From Raillietiella orientalis (Eukaryota): a stretch of 64,000 bases of DNA. The notes beneath the pieces are model-generated. The model was not told the DNA's origin. It saw nothing but the letters and a program-made list of their open reading frames with translations, and searched no databases. The position numbers and the translations under genes are program-made. The stretch spans positions 1,116,001 to 1,180,000 of the forward strand of contig JAYWIR010000027.1 of the NCBI GenBank assembly GCA_036172245.1. Direction: 5' to 3'. Of this stretch, positions 1 through 13,063 are shown one piece after another; the first letter of the stretch is position 1; the number at the start of each line of letters is the position of its first letter.

Positions 1-349
1 ATAGCCACCCTCAAAAGAAATGCCGAACGCGATGGCGTCACGCACGCCAACTGGCCCCTTTTTCTGTGGATCCTCGTCACCAGGGCTCCACGGAGGCGGC
101 AGAAAACTATGATGGCTGCCTCTGGCGACATCGCGCCAGGCGTGAAGAGGAGCATCTCTCCATGCCGCTCGAGTCGCCTCTTGGAGGTCTCAAGGGTCAA
201 GACCAAACGCTCCCACGCACTCCGGGAGGACAACACGTTCGGTCAGTAGGGTTTCCTTATTCGACACACCGGGCACGGTACGGTGTCTCCCCTCTTCCTG
301 GTCCAGCGGTGAAGGAGCACGCTGCACAGGACGGCCCGACACAGCCCTG

Positions 350-1410
350 CCGCCTCCGGAAGAAGTGCGGAGCTTCCCAGGAACGTGCGGGGAAAGGGGA
401 GGGGTAACTTCGAGGTGGTCCTCTCACCGGAAAAGTTCTTCCGAGCTGTCAGCAGGGGTGAAGACGCCAACCAGTTGACGCGCGCTTTCCAGTATCCCAG
501 CAACCTTTTGCTTCCTGAGATCTCGCGGATTGGTCGCCACCGTAGTCCTCCCGTAGAGAGAGTAGCACCGACGCAAGTGGGAGTTTCTTGAGCCCACGAG
601 CTCTTCCTGGAGCTTTCCAGCATCCCCTGCGGAGAGCAGCGGGAGAACTGCAGGCACCGAGGATTTTCCTGTTTTCAGACACCGCGGTTCGTGGGCGAGA
701 AGGACATCCACGTCTGGTCCTGCTCCATGTCAACTGTTTGCCGAAGCGGATGACCCTCATCGAGGCTTCGGTCATCACTGCCTGCGCACGAGGAGCGAAG
801 CCGGCCCACCTGAACCGGCCGCCCGCCCGCCCGGATGGATGTCGTGCTGGGGCGCGCCAGCGCGTCCACCGGCGCTCGGCCGCCAGGAACAGCCTCAGCC
901 GGAGTGGCAGCTCCGTCCGCCCCGGGGAGCCAGAGTTTCACCGCCGTGGTCATGGAGGAGCACATCGAAGTTTCCACGGAGTCCCTACCTGTCACCAGCT
1001 CCCAAGGCGGCCACACCAGCGGGAGGCGAGGCTGGAGCGCTTGACTGCTGGAGCGACGGGTGCCTCTATGCCGGTCGCGTCTTAAGACTGGGACGGTCCC
1101 GGGACGGGCGCCGGGTAGTAGCAGACGTCCCGGAAGCTCTCGCTGCGTTTTGCCAGACAATCGGGGGCGCTGATGTCGTCCTCTTCCACGAGAAGGGTGG
1201 GGATGCGTTTCTGAACTTCCGCTCGCTCAAGATGAGCATGTAAGAGATGAGTCCACGGATCAGGCCACAGAAACCCTCAGGTGGACAAACCGCCACCTGC
1301 AAATTAAACTCCGGAGGGCTTTGAAACATTTAGATGGAGCACTCCACCTCGGCAGAGGTCACGCTGGCCACACTGGCGCTCTACGTCCTTCTACTTAGCC
1401 AAGGCACACT
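350..1410 (+). mobile_element. Decayed L1/Tx1-like LINE: ORF1-like segment and start of an APE endonuclease
   Basis: Broken frames give GNFEVVL...PSNLLLPEISRIG (ORF1-like) and ATCKLNSGGL...LYVLLLSQGTLH, which resembles TLNVRGL...ILLLQETH. Recognised by eye only. Confidence 0.3.
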
Positions 1411-1414
1411 ACAC

Positions 1415-1495
1415 TAGATAGATGATAGATGGATGGATGGATGGATAGATGGATGGATAGATAGATTGATTAATTGATATATAGATAGACAGATC
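1415..1495. repeat. (GATA/GATG)n microsatellite
   Basis: tagatagatgatagatggatggatggatggatagatggatggatagatagattgat is directly visible. Confidence 0.85.
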
Positions 1496-2179
1496 ACCCT
1501 TTCGACCGCTTGCACCCTCCGTTCCCTCTTCAGGGTAAGTGATTTATCCCTCGCTGGATGTGCAGCTCCATGCAATGGTTCCTCTGTTCCTGCCGTTCGT
1601 TCCATATGCCATGATCAGTCGGACTGAGAGAGGCTGCAAGTCTGGATGATTCATGGCTGGCGCTTGGAGAGTTTCTCAGGTTCGCGGACGCGGAGACGGA
1701 GCTGCTCACGACGCACACGTGTCTCTCTCCTTCCCGTCCCCTCGGCCTCTCAGCGTCCGCGCGGCACCGCTCTTCGACCGGTGGCGCCAAGGAAGCTCTC
1801 TTGAGCCCGACACCCAGCTCGGTTTCGCCTCGGGCTCCTCCGAAAGAGACTGAGAGCCACTCTGCGGCTCATCTTCGAAACCTGTGCCCGCATCCGTCCC
1901 AAAACTTTTCGAGAAGGGAACTTTTCGTGAGCTCCGGAAGGAGGGAGGAGCAGGGGAGAGTCGTGGTCGTGACGACGGTGCGCGGGACGCTTGCCGAGAG
2001 TGCGCAAACCCAGCAAATCCGTCCGGCTCTCCGCGTCGACTGCACCCCTTTGTTTGACGATGTAATGAAAAATCCCGGGCAACCAATCGGAGCGAGTAAA
2101 TAGCACGCCGCAGGTTCCGTTACCAAAGTTTTGCCTTTTTTTTTTCTTCATTTAATTGTCCGGAAGGTTCATTAATGAA

Positions 2180-3450
2180 GGTCCACGGCGAATTCCCGGA
2201 TGCCTCACGTGGGCATAGCACCTCCTCCACTTGGCTGAGGCCTCGGCAGTGCAGCTCCTCCGCTTTACCTACGGTGGAGGAACAGGTCAGTCACCGGTGT
2301 CCAGAGACTAGCGTACCGGATGGGTGGTGTTGGCGGTGGAGATGCTCCTCGAGGGTGTTGTGGACTACCACCAAGATGACTGACGCGGAGTCCTTCCGAT
2401 TAGAGGCGTTCTCGAGGGAATCTGCTGCTGCCGCTGCTGTAGCGACTGTTCCATTCTCCGTGGCCTCCCACCGGTGTTTGACACGAGAAGGGAGGGCAGG
2501 ATGTGGAGCCTTTGTCGAGGAGAAAGTGGACGAGGCCTCCACATTTCCCGAATATGAGTCGCGCACCTTCTTAGGTGAGGTTCCTCGTAGCGCCGCTGAC
2601 TGCCCTTTACCAGGGGACCGAGGTTGCCCCCGAAGAAGCCACCATCCACCCCCGAGGCATTTCTCCAGCCGCCTCCCAGATCCACCCGCGAGACGACGTG
2701 GCATGTGCAGCGAAGATCTCTGCGCCCACTAAGATGCCCACAAGCGCCGTCGCTATTGCGGCCGCCCTCTCGTGGTCGCTGCCCCCCGAAACGCAAACCT
2801 CGGAGACTGAGTCCTGGGACGGAACCCAGGACTCAGTCTTCTCCTAAGTGCTACCGGAGAGTCACCGATTCCCCGGTCAGGTTGCTGAGGGCAACTGGAG
2901 CCCCGAAGGACTGCATGTCTCTGCTGGTGGTGGTGCCGTCCGACCACGTGGAGGTGACGCTGAATCCATCCCAAAGTATTTCTTACCAGAAGAAGAGAAG
3001 CATTCCTTCCGGTCGGAGCACCTCGAAAGCAGCAGAAACGCAGATCGGCTCCACGGAGCTTTGACCTTGGACCAGCGACGAGGAGGCTCCTCGTAACTGG
3101 CATGTTCTCAGGGTGAAACTTCCCTTGAGGTCTTCTTCCGGCGTGCACGCTTTCTCAAGGGATTCGGAGGAAAGGGCAGTGTGAGACCTCCGGAGGAAGT
3201 GATGGCGGGCTGCTTCTACCCCGACAGCGCCGCGTCTTCCCTTCCACCATGCCTCCAATTCCGCACCAACACCCTACCACACTCTCCTCCTTTGCGGCAG
3301 GGTGAAACAAAGGAGGGATGGTGGCCAGGACGGGGAGCAGGCAAGGTGGAACCTGTGGAGAGGCTTGTCCGTTCTAGGACTTGCGCCTTGCCCGGGAACG
3401 TGCGCGTCACGCATCCCTGGTCCATCAGGATCAACCGTTCCTCGGCAGGC
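2180..3450 (-). mobile_element. Decayed L1/Tx1-like ORF2 C-terminal fragment
   Basis: Minus frames show PCRKGG (LPxxxGG motif), WWLLRGQP and HLRRCATHIREMW (zf-RVT-like) in the expected order. Confidence 0.3.
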
Positions 3451-4035
3451 AAGCCCCTTTGAACCGCTGGTGTGCAAGCAGTGTGCAGTGCATTGTGTAA
3501 GAAAACTAAATTTCCTCATCTCCAAAAGGAGGGATTTCACTCCTACCTGTCCTTATCCTTCTCATAATCACCTTCATCCACTTTTCCCATTCCTCCTCCT
3601 CGCCATTCCTTCGCCTCCTCCCTTTTCCTCACGGATTTTCCAGAGGCGCTCACGGCTGCAAAAGTTGGAATAATTTCTTCGTTTGTATCAAGGTACCATG
3701 CACCTACCCCGCCCTTTTTCCTTTCAAGGAGCAGGGAAAGATGCAGCTCCCACGTGCTTCATGAACCCCTCGAAAATACGGATGCGTATGGCGTTCCTTC
3801 CAACATCCACGTTCTTGCACATCCACTCCCGTTCGGCCACAACCCACCCTCCCTCCCCTTCGACCTGAGGGCGCATCCCCGTCAGGGGCGGTGCGAAGGA
3901 TTCAGCCAGCGTTGCGCGCGGCAGACACGATGCAGCACGGATGGACCGCGTAGGGGAACGCAGACTGCAGACGAGCCCGGGTGCCCACTTCGGGGAATCT
4001 CCTGATGTAAAGGAAAGGGAGAGGCTCATGCAAAA

Positions 4036-4195
4036 GTTTGCTCTCCTCCTTTCCTCCTCCTCCCTTCCTCCCCCTTCTTCCTCCTTCTCCCTTCTTCCAC
4101 CTCCTTCTCCTCCTTTCCTCCTCTTCCTCTCCCCTTCCTTCTCTTCCTCTCTTTTTTCTCCCCTCCTCCTTCCCCTTATTCCTCTCCCCTCTTTT
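4036..4195 (+). repeat. Polypyrimidine (TCC/TTC-rich) low-complexity tract
   Basis: About 160 nt of nearly pure C/T. Similar tracts lie at ~6175-6265, ~27805-27865 and ~30145-30260. Confidence 0.8.
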
Positions 4196-4649
4196 ACCCG
4201 TGCTGAGTCCCTCAGATGTCCGCCCGCCTCAGTTCCTTGTCCCTCGCGAGAGCTGCAGCCGTTGCCGGCGAGCGCCTCGACCCGCGGCACGCCTGCCTGC
4301 TTCCTCGGTTCAGATGAGAGGAACTGAGAGTGGATGAAGCTCTCGGAGTGCAATCCGAGCCGCTCTCGGGAGCAGCCCGGGGTGTGCGTGAGAGGCACGC
4401 TCGCCGTCGCCGTCGTGGACTTCTGGTCGCCTCCCGGGAGGAGAGCCAGGGGTCTGCCGAGTTCCAATGCCGGCTAGGAGGATGGGAAGGATGTGCAGTT
4501 GTTGCTGCGGTCTGGTGTCGCGCGATTTTCGTCTCTGAGCGCGGGAGAAACAAAGAGCTGCGACATGAAATACATAAATATCTCCACACCTCACGTCAGC
4601 GCTTTGTTATTTTTAACCATGAAGGATGACGTCACCGAGAGGCGGGGAG

Positions 4650-5290
4650 CTGAGGTCCACCTGATGGAGACGCAGTGGTTTCGGTCCGGGAGCTCCTTCC
4701 TCTTCTCTCAAGAGGAAGTGGTGGTGCGGCTCTTCTTCTCCAGAGAAGTACGGACAAGCGGGCAAGGCGTCAGCACACCTCCCCATCGTCATGGCGCCTC
4801 CTGGGGAGGAGTCGGATGGGAAGCCTCCCTCACGTCTCAGGCGAAAAGAAGTGGCGGCTTCCGGGTGCCGCTGGGACTAACGAACGCGCGCACGTAACCT
4901 CCCGTCCGCCCTCCTCGAGAACACGCCCGGGTCATCTCCGGGAGTAACCGTCGTAAGTCCCTGGAGCCCCCCCCCCCCTCCTCTGATGGAGAGGAGTTTC
5001 TGCTTCGGAAATCCCTGCGTCTCCCGAGGTCGAGGACTTTCGTTCCACACGCGCCTCTGAAGTCGGCAGCGCCAATGTCAGTCAAGGAGCAGGCAGAGAT
5101 CGCCCTGTCCGTCCCGAGGAGCAGTATCCCCGTGCACGTGGGAGCCCAGCACCACCGGGAACGCTTCAGAGTGCACGTGCGTGAGCCGGATTGACGTGCG
5201 TGGAAACGTGGAACATCCGGTTCGCGTGCGGTCTGGTGCGCACGGACACCGGGACTGCACATTTCCTCTTGCGTCCGTCACCGAGAAAGC
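4650..5290 (+). mobile_element. Decayed LINE ORF1 (gag-like) fragment with a zinc-knuckle remnant
   Basis: IPVHV...FRVHVREP followed by GAHGHRDCT (CCHC-like remnant). Weak. Confidence 0.25.
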
Positions 5291-6979
5291 AGTCTGCGCT
5301 CCCGCCAGCGCGAGTCGTCATCCGGCGCGCCCCCGTGTGGCCACCCGTTGCTATAGAGTTCGACTACGCGCCTCGGGCAGCTCGCAGCCGGCCTTCCCTC
5401 TGACCTCTCGTCCCACTGTCTCCTGCTATCGGAGAGAGAAGCCCTCTTCCACGAGAAGAAAGAGGGCTTCCCTCTTCCTCCTCCGCGCAAGGGTTTCTCC
5501 CTCAGATGGGGCCCGTTTTCCTCCCTCTCGGGACCGAAGGGACGCCCGGGAGGTCGCGCCGTCCGCTCGCTACTCCCGATCCGGCTGGAGAGGGCGCGCC
5601 CCGCCTATGACGCAGATGCGGCGTGTAGGAGCCGCTCGCGCCAACATCCCTGGACCCGCACCGCTTCACCCGCGCAGGATATTTTTAGCTGCGTACGTTT
5701 CTTTCCTCCACCCCTTCCTCCTCCTCCCTCTTCCCGACCAAGGGAAAAGGCAGAGCTGTTTTGGAACGCGACGGAGCACGGGTTGCTATGAGGACGGCGG
5801 ATCCTGCAATACGGAGCTCTGAGACGCATTCGAAGGTCACGAAACACCCCGGGAACCCCCTCTCTTCCCTACTGACCAGGGCCGATGAGGAAGAGGCTGG
5901 GGCACTCAGAATACAGAGAGGATTCGGCTCCTGTCCCACTGCCCCCTCCCCTCTCCCCGAAGAGGGAAGTGGTGCCGGGACGAGAGAGCCTCCCGAACCC
6001 TGAGGTGCCCTCCAGGAAGGACCCGGAGCGCGAGCGACCGCGGGGCGCCCACAAGAGGGAGAAGCAGAATCACCAGCTGCGAGCCTTGAGCGCCTGCTTC
6101 GCCAGCCGGACGAGGAGCACCCCTGGAGACGCCCCGAAACTTTTCCAGCAAAAAACAGACTTCTTCCAGAGTCCCCCTTTCCTCCATTTCTCCTCCTTCT
6201 TTTCCCTCCTCCTCTTCCTCTTCTCCCTTCCATCTCCTCCCCTTTCCTCCATTCCTTTTTCTCCTCATTGTCGTCGTCGTCGCCACTGCCTCCAGCGTCT
6301 GCTCATCATCCACCAGCATTCATCCACTGCTCCTCCCGTGCGTATCCTCTTTCGCCCGCCATTCTCCTTATTCCCCTCCTCCTCTTCTGCCCCCTCCCCA
6401 GAACCAGCATGCCGATGAACACCAGCCGTTTCCACCTTCTTCACCATCAACTCTCCAGCAACGTTCCACCTCAGAGGCATCCACACCCCTCACCACCACC
6501 GCCGCCGCCGCCATCAGCTGCACACGACGGGAGCGCACCTGCTTCTGCCGCGTGCCCGAGTGGGAGCGGTCTGGGACAGCATCCGTGTTCCTTCCCTCCT
6601 CCTCCCCCGTTCCTTGGTTCGTGGCACGCCGTCGCCGAAGAGTCTCCACGCCGCCGAGTTCGCGGAACGCCGGGACGCTCCCAGCCGCCACCGAAAAGGC
6701 GTGCTCGAACAAGCTGCCGCTTCCCAGTCGCCCGAGGTGAGCGCGCACTCATCCCGTAACCGCCGTTCGCCTCCTGACGCCCGATCTTCGTGGCCTTTGT
6801 ATGGCACCGCCCCCCCCCCCTTGAGCCTCGGCCAAACCCCCCGCCTTCGACCTCTACTGCTGCTCTATCTGGCTGTCACGCGCCGCCCTAGGTGGCGCCT
6901 CGGTCCTGCGGGGCACGGTTGCGCCATCAAGGGACGCCTTCCTCCTCCCGCTGACCTACTGCACTTTGGGCGGGCAGGT

Positions 6980-7420
6980 GGTGGGTACGCCAGCTGACGG
7001 ACCCCGAGTGTCCTATCCAAAGGGCCGATACACTGGGCCCATTTTCTGGAGATTCCTCCGGAAGATCTGGTGTTGCCCGCCGTTGTCAAGTACCCCTCCC
7101 CTTAAAGTAGAAGGGGTCAGCGTTTCCGCTCTTGTATCCGGGTTCTTCGTGCAAGGAGCGCGATCTGACCCCAAGGAAAGGTGGACCCGAAAGGAGCCAG
7201 GTGCGGGGAAAGGGTGACTTTCCCACGCCTGCTTGTGGACTGTGTGGCCCTCCAGCCCTTTTCAGAAGGATTCCGGATCCCGAGGAACGCTTCCCCGTGC
7301 TCTCAGTGGCCTCTTGCTGCCTGCGCTTCTAGGATGGCGATTTGGACCGCTGCAAGAAGAGGCCGGCGCGACAGCGGCGCCATCCGGCAGGAAAAAATGT
7401 GGATTTCCGAGCATCGCCGC
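6980..7420 (+). mobile_element. Decayed L1/Tx1-like ORF2 3' fragment (zf-RVT)
   Basis: PKGARCGERVTFPRLLVDCVALQPF...ACASRMAIWTAARR, with DNA homology to 10900-11000. Confidence 0.55.
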
Positions 7421-10049
7421 GAGATGACCCCACTTCAACAATCTCAGGACGGAAACTCCGCCAGCCTCCTTGAAAGGATGCAAAGGTCGACAAAGCAACG
7501 AGATGGGGTCCCTTCCCGAACCCTCCAAAAGCTTCCTTTGGTTTTCCCTTTCCCCTCGTTGCCGAGGCAACCCCCGCCGGACGTCTCTGTGTTCGCTGTC
7601 ACGTGACCGTTTGCTACTTCTTGCAAGAAATACCCGGCGCAACCGGGTGAAAGAAAAACTTCCTCGCGGAGCAGCAGCGAGCGAGGGGGAGTGGACGGAG
7701 AGGGGTGGACGCCGCGGGCCGTCCTCGGACCTGACCTTCACCCACCCTGTGAACGCCGCGCTCTGCCAGTCCAAGCGGACTCCCGTCGTCGTGGGCGCTT
7801 CCTCCCTTCGTGGCAGGCGGGGATCTTCCGCGCGCGTGGGCGAATCGGACAGCCGCAGCACCCTACCGGTGAGCAAGGGACGAAGCCCCAAAGGCACCCC
7901 CGTCTCGTTTCATTAGTCATTCCCGGCGCCCGATGAAACGCTAATGAATGTTTGCGTTGCCGTTCAAACTACCCGCGAGGGCTCCTTAGCAACAAGCGTA
8001 AACAAACAGCGTTACGGGCAGGTGGCCCTCTTTCTCCGGTCGTCCTGTCACCGAAATTCCCGCCTGGCTTCCTCTCCCTCCGGGTTTGCGCGGGTCCCTC
8101 CGTAGCCGAAAGGAGCCGGAAGGTTTCTCCCTCCCTTCTTTTGCCCTTCCTCCTCCATGTGCCGTGCGTCTTTGCATCGGCGCATCCCTTCAAGGATTCC
8201 GCGCGGGGGCACGCTCCGGAAGGGTACGCCGGTTGCGGTGGCGCCGGTACCGTGTCCCATTTTTAATGGAAAACCAAAAAGAAGAAAGAATACAGCTTCC
8301 TACCACGAAAAAAAAAAGGAAGATGGGATGAACCAAAACAAGGAAGTGATCGGCAATGGACCCTCCCATAGCCGTTCGATTCGCTTTTGGTGATCGAGAA
8401 GGGGAAACGGGGCTTCGGCAACGACCCCGGAAGCCGGCCTTTTGACGGCTGGGCATCTCTCCCTCTTCGCCGGGGGAGGTGGCCTGGAAGCGGACCAAAA
8501 GGAGACCTCGAGCCCTCGGCTCAAAAAGAGCACCAGGAGTGGGAGTGGATCTCGAGGGATCTGCGGGCAGAGGCCTGGCAACAGCCGGCGAGGACGCTGA
8601 GGTCGGCGAGGCGCGCAACTGCAAGAGTGCGGTGAGCCGCCGGCGAAAGCAGCAGCTGCCGGATGGCGCAGACTCAGCGTATCCGCTGCGGTCGAGTGGA
8701 AGACGACGTGCGACCCTTCGCCACCACGCCTTTGCTTCCTCCCATTTTGCCATAGCGTCCGAGGTCTCCAGCGAAAGGTGATATCCTTTCACCTTCATTC
8801 CACCCCAGAATCCCTGCACACCCATCCTAGCGTGCCTTCCTCCTGCATGTCCACCATCAACAAACAACACACACGATACTTCTCCATCGCCTCCACCCCC
8901 TTCCTTCGCTCCCTCCCTCTTTCTCCTGCTTTCCGGCTGCCTCTCTCGAAGTTGCAGGAAGTCGAGAAAGACGCTCCTGGACGAGGTGGAGGCAGAAGGG
9001 AATCCGGCTCCTTTCCGGAGCCTCTCGGAGCGAAGACCAGAAGGTCATGGCCGCGGCGCAGGATGAACTACGCTTCTGTCAACTCTGTTCCTACTGACCC
9101 TGCTGGCGGTTCCACCTCTACTGTCCCTGCCTCCAGAGATGATGCTCTCAGTGCTGGTGTTCCGGCACGGCATCCTGTGAGACTCTCGTCGCTGATGCTG
9201 CTGGTGCCGCCGCTGAGATTCTGTGGAGCTGCTCCAGCTGACGCTCGTGCGGCCGCTGAGGGCGCCGGTGCTGATCCGGATGCTGGCGCTTCCCGCAGGA
9301 GGCACAGCGCGTGACCGGAAGCCCGGTCACGAGCTGTGCCTCCTGTGGGGAGGAGTCGTCGCTCCCGGGCACGTCACGCCACGGCAGGTGGCACTGTGGG
9401 CGACACAGGCGGAAAGAACGTCCGCGAGAACGCAAGCAGCTCCGGGCGGACTTCTCCGGGTCCGGAATCACCTCTTCAACATCGCTTTCCGAGCTTACTG
9501 GAGGTCGTCGCAGTGGTCAGAGGGTGGGTGCCGGTTGCAGAGAGCGCTAGCAGCTGAACCATCCCGCGAAGAAGACCGCGAGCATCCCCAGGTGAATGCA
9601 GACGCAACCCCTTTCTCCTATTTGTCTGCTCTCCTCCTTCCGGGATGCTCCGAAAGGAAAACGAGACGTAACTCGAAGTGTCCGTCGCCAGGCACAACGC
9701 CAAGATGCAGATTCCCAGCTCCTTCCCGGGTTCCCTACGGGCAAGAGCGGAGTGGAGAGCGACGCCAGAAGTCCCGAGGCGTGCTGAACCGCCACGCCTC
9801 CTCGAAGAGGCTTCTGAAGCCGCCATTATTGAACGGGACTGGCCTCAAGCAGCCAGAGTCGTCGTCGCAGAAGCCGTGACTACTCCTCGGCTTTCCTTTC
9901 CTTTTGGGTCAGCTGGCCGACCCCGAAGACTCCAAGCACGACGGAGGGAAAGACTGCTTCCGTTCACGGAGCTCTCGGCACTTTTAAGAAAAAAAATGGA
10001 GGCTCCCTTCCCCGCTGCGTTACGATGTTTCCCCTCAGGCACGGTGGCG

Positions 10050-11465
10050 CCCTTTCCGCGTACTGGATCACTCCGGGCAGCGAGCGTCCTAGCACAACCC
10101 GGCGCGGACCGTTGAGACGCCCGCTGCCGGGCAGTGCACTTCGTGGAAGGAGGATGCGCCCCGGAAGGAATCGCACCGCTGCGCCCGCACTACGAGTCCA
10201 GAGCGTTCTGCTGAGGCGATCCTTTCTGGACTAGCTGCGCCCACTACCGAGGGGCCGTGGTCGCGCACCGCGGGGTCACCTGCCCCGACAACCTCCTCTC
10301 TCAAGGAAGCTCCGAAGGGGGTCTCGCATGGAGACCTAGCGACCCAGGAAGTCAAGGCTGCGGTCCCCTCGACTCGCATGTGAGCTCTCCATGGCGGAAC
10401 CTGTGACCCTTGCACTCCACACTGTCCACCCTCGGGTGGCACGGACAGTGTGCGCGACAGTGTTCACTCTTACGCTTGGGAGGATACTCCGATGGCAACT
10501 TCCTTATTCGTTCCAGAGGGACCCGGAGGAGGTGCAGTCACTCCTTATTTTCCTTCCCGAAGGGAAACCGCAAGGAAACCGCTCCCTGTCTCCTCCCCTG
10601 AAGTACTCCATGGTACTCCATGGTACGGCTCCCTTTTCACAAACGGAGGGGAACCTCGAAGGACTCTTCGATTTCTGGAAGGACCCCGGAGGGTCGACTT
10701 CTGATCACGGCCATGCAACGGGAGGGTATCCGACATTCGCCAGTACCTCATGGTGCCACAGTTTTCCGGAAGAAGACCGGCAGTGGCCCCTGGTGCTCAT
10801 GAACACCTGCACCCTCCTCCTGAAGTGGCAGGAGTCGGCGTTGATGCTTCTGCACTGGGGCCTCTTGTGCAACGCCCCCCAGCATCTGTGGACACGGGGG
10901 GTGTTGATCCAAACTATGCAAGGTGTGGAGAACAGGAATCCCCCCTGAACCTCCTAATGGACTGTGTTGCCCTCCAGCCCCTTCGGGGACTCTTTACTGC
11001 GACCCTTGGAACCCCCGACGGCAACCCCAGAGACGTCTTCACGCCGGCCGCATCCTTAGCAGCACTTTGCTGCCCACGCGGCAGGATCGTGGCTGCATGG
11101 AGCAATGCTAGAGCAGTGTCAGGACGACAGGGACTCCATCTACCTTGCCGTCCTCTTCGTGAGGATAACGTCAAGATGGCCCCATCTGGGAACCATAAAA
11201 CAGGAACTTGCCAGCATCCTTACAAGGATGCAGTGGACGCCCTCCAGCACACAGTGATCCCTTTCCGAATCCCCATATCATTTTGGACTGTATGTTTTTT
11301 GTTTTATTTTTTTTTCTTTCTGTTTGTCTCCCCTTACCCTGTGCTGCCGAGACGAACCCCGCTGTCCCTCGTGCCAGTTCCCGGCAGGTTCCTTCTCGTG
11401 GTTATAAGTGACATGGCAGGATCAAACGTCCTGCAACATACGTGTTCGTTTATTCTATAAATAAA
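10050..11465 (+). mobile_element. 5'-truncated L1/Tx1-like non-LTR retrotransposon (ORF2 C-terminus plus 3'UTR)
   Basis: SEGGLAW (EGGL motif), FPEEDRQWPLVL...LMLLHWGLL and DPNYARCGEQESPLNLLMDCVALQPL (zf-RVT), then a T-rich UTR and AATAAA at 11460-11465. Confidence 0.6.
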
Positions 11466-11484
11466 TGCCCCGGCGTGACCAGGT

Positions 11485-11760
11485 GTAAACCAGTGCCGCA
11501 TGCACCGAAAGCCAAAAGACCAACCAGTGTCATTTTGAGGGAGGAACTCGAAACCCACGACGCACTCTCCACTTCTCGGCGTCGGTCCTCCCCCCGCTGG
11601 GATTCGAACCCGCGACGCGCGGTGACGCGCGCGCGGAGGCAGCAGCTGTACGACTGCCGACGCGGGGCCGTGTGACGCGGAGCCTTTCTCTCATCCTCCC
11701 AGGATACCTTCGTCGTTTCGGTTTTCTTCTCTCTTTCCCTTCTCTGCGAATCTCCCCTAA
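11485..11760 (+). mobile_element. Short fragment of the same L1/Tx1-like family
   Basis: Its reverse complement aligns closely with 14590-14725 and 34005-34135 (e.g. tgcatgcggcactgg, gcgtcgcgggttcgaatc). Confidence 0.5.
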
Positions 11761-11799
11761 TGGTCGCTTGACCACGCTGCGGGCGCAGGCCCATCTGGA

Positions 11800-13063
11800 C
11801 CTCCAGTTGTGCCCGTCCAACTCCTAGGTGAGCTGTTTTTCTCAAAATGTCAGCTCGGTTCAGAGGAAGATCAAGAAGAGGTGGAAAAAGACCCGCTTGG
11901 TTGAGCAGCACTTGGATTCACTGAACACGGGAGGCACGTCCCGGCGGGCAACGCGAGAGGGGGGTCAGAAAGAACGCTTGTGGGAGTCCGGGCTTTCTCT
12001 CTCCGGCCCTCTTGGCGCTCTCCCTACGGCGGTCGAAAGGTCTTTCTGGAGCCACGAGGCGAGCACACGCTAGAAGAAACGCGCCGCCAAAAACAGCCCC
12101 ACTTCAGAAAGGCAAAAGGGAATTCAAAGGCTCAACTAATGACACAGCAGCGAAAGAGTCCCAAATTGTGCTCCAATTATCCCTGATTTTTGCAAAACGA
12201 AACGACGATCACAAAGGAGAAGTCTGGGAAGCATCGGCGGCGGAAATTGGAACAAAAGAATTTTCACAGCATTTATTCGATGAAAACGATTTCTCCGGTG
12301 GTGGTAAATCGGAAAGGTTTTCACGTGGCGTAAGCGAGCAACTGAAACCTCAGCATGTTAAATTGGATTCACTTCTTCATTTAAGCCTCATATATTTGGT
12401 GAAAGCACAGGCCAAACGTTCCATGACATTGTCTCCAGGTTTCTGCTCCTCGCGGAAAAAAGATGCAAGTTCAAAGAATAAAATTCCATTAAGCGTGCCT
12501 GTTTTAACTGCAAATCTGCTCGTGTTCTTTCACGTGAGGAGGTGCAGTCATGGCCAGAAGATTTCATGAGGTTGTACGCTGCCGGCTCTATCGGTGATCG
12601 TGTTTGGGTGGATGCAGAAGGAATGCAAACGTTTCGTGTTGCTACAGCCTTCAACACAAAGTTCCCATTCAGGTCTTTATTGCAGTCTGAAAGTTTTCTT
12701 TGCCCGAGGCTGAAGGTTGTGATCCCATTCTTAACCAGAATTGCCCCAATGGTTTTCGTGTTGCAGATGAAATTTAGTGCTTTCGTGCTACCAAGGTGTG
12801 TAAACATGCAAGGTAGTATTCAGTCTGATCTTGTAGATATGAAAGAAAAAAAGAAAGAAAAACTGTATGAATGGCTGGTGCCGATCTGTTGAATTCAAAA
12901 TGCGATTTTTCCGATTTCCTTTCGCACGTGTGCCCTCCAGTTGTAGCGGTCCAACTTCTAGGTGAGTTGTTTTTCCCAAAATGTCAGCACGGTTCAGAGG
13001 AAGATCAAGAAGAGGTGAAGAAAGACTCCCTTGGTTGAGCAGCACTTGGATTCACTGAACACG
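11800..13063. repeat. Pair of ~130-bp direct repeats (11800-11929 and 12934-13063) flanking ~1 kb
   Basis: Shared cctccagttgt...ctaggtgag..gttttt..caaaatgtcagc.cggttcagaggaagatcaagaagaggtg...cttggttgagcagcacttggattcactgaacacg. Confidence 0.85.

Noticed and set aside
11595..11630. tRNA/SINE B-box-like GGTTCGAATC (minus strand here; plus strand at ~34016-34025)
   Set aside because: No cloverleaf or A-box. The motif lies inside the L1/Tx1-like homology block, antisense to its coding strand, and is degenerate in the 14.6-kb copy.
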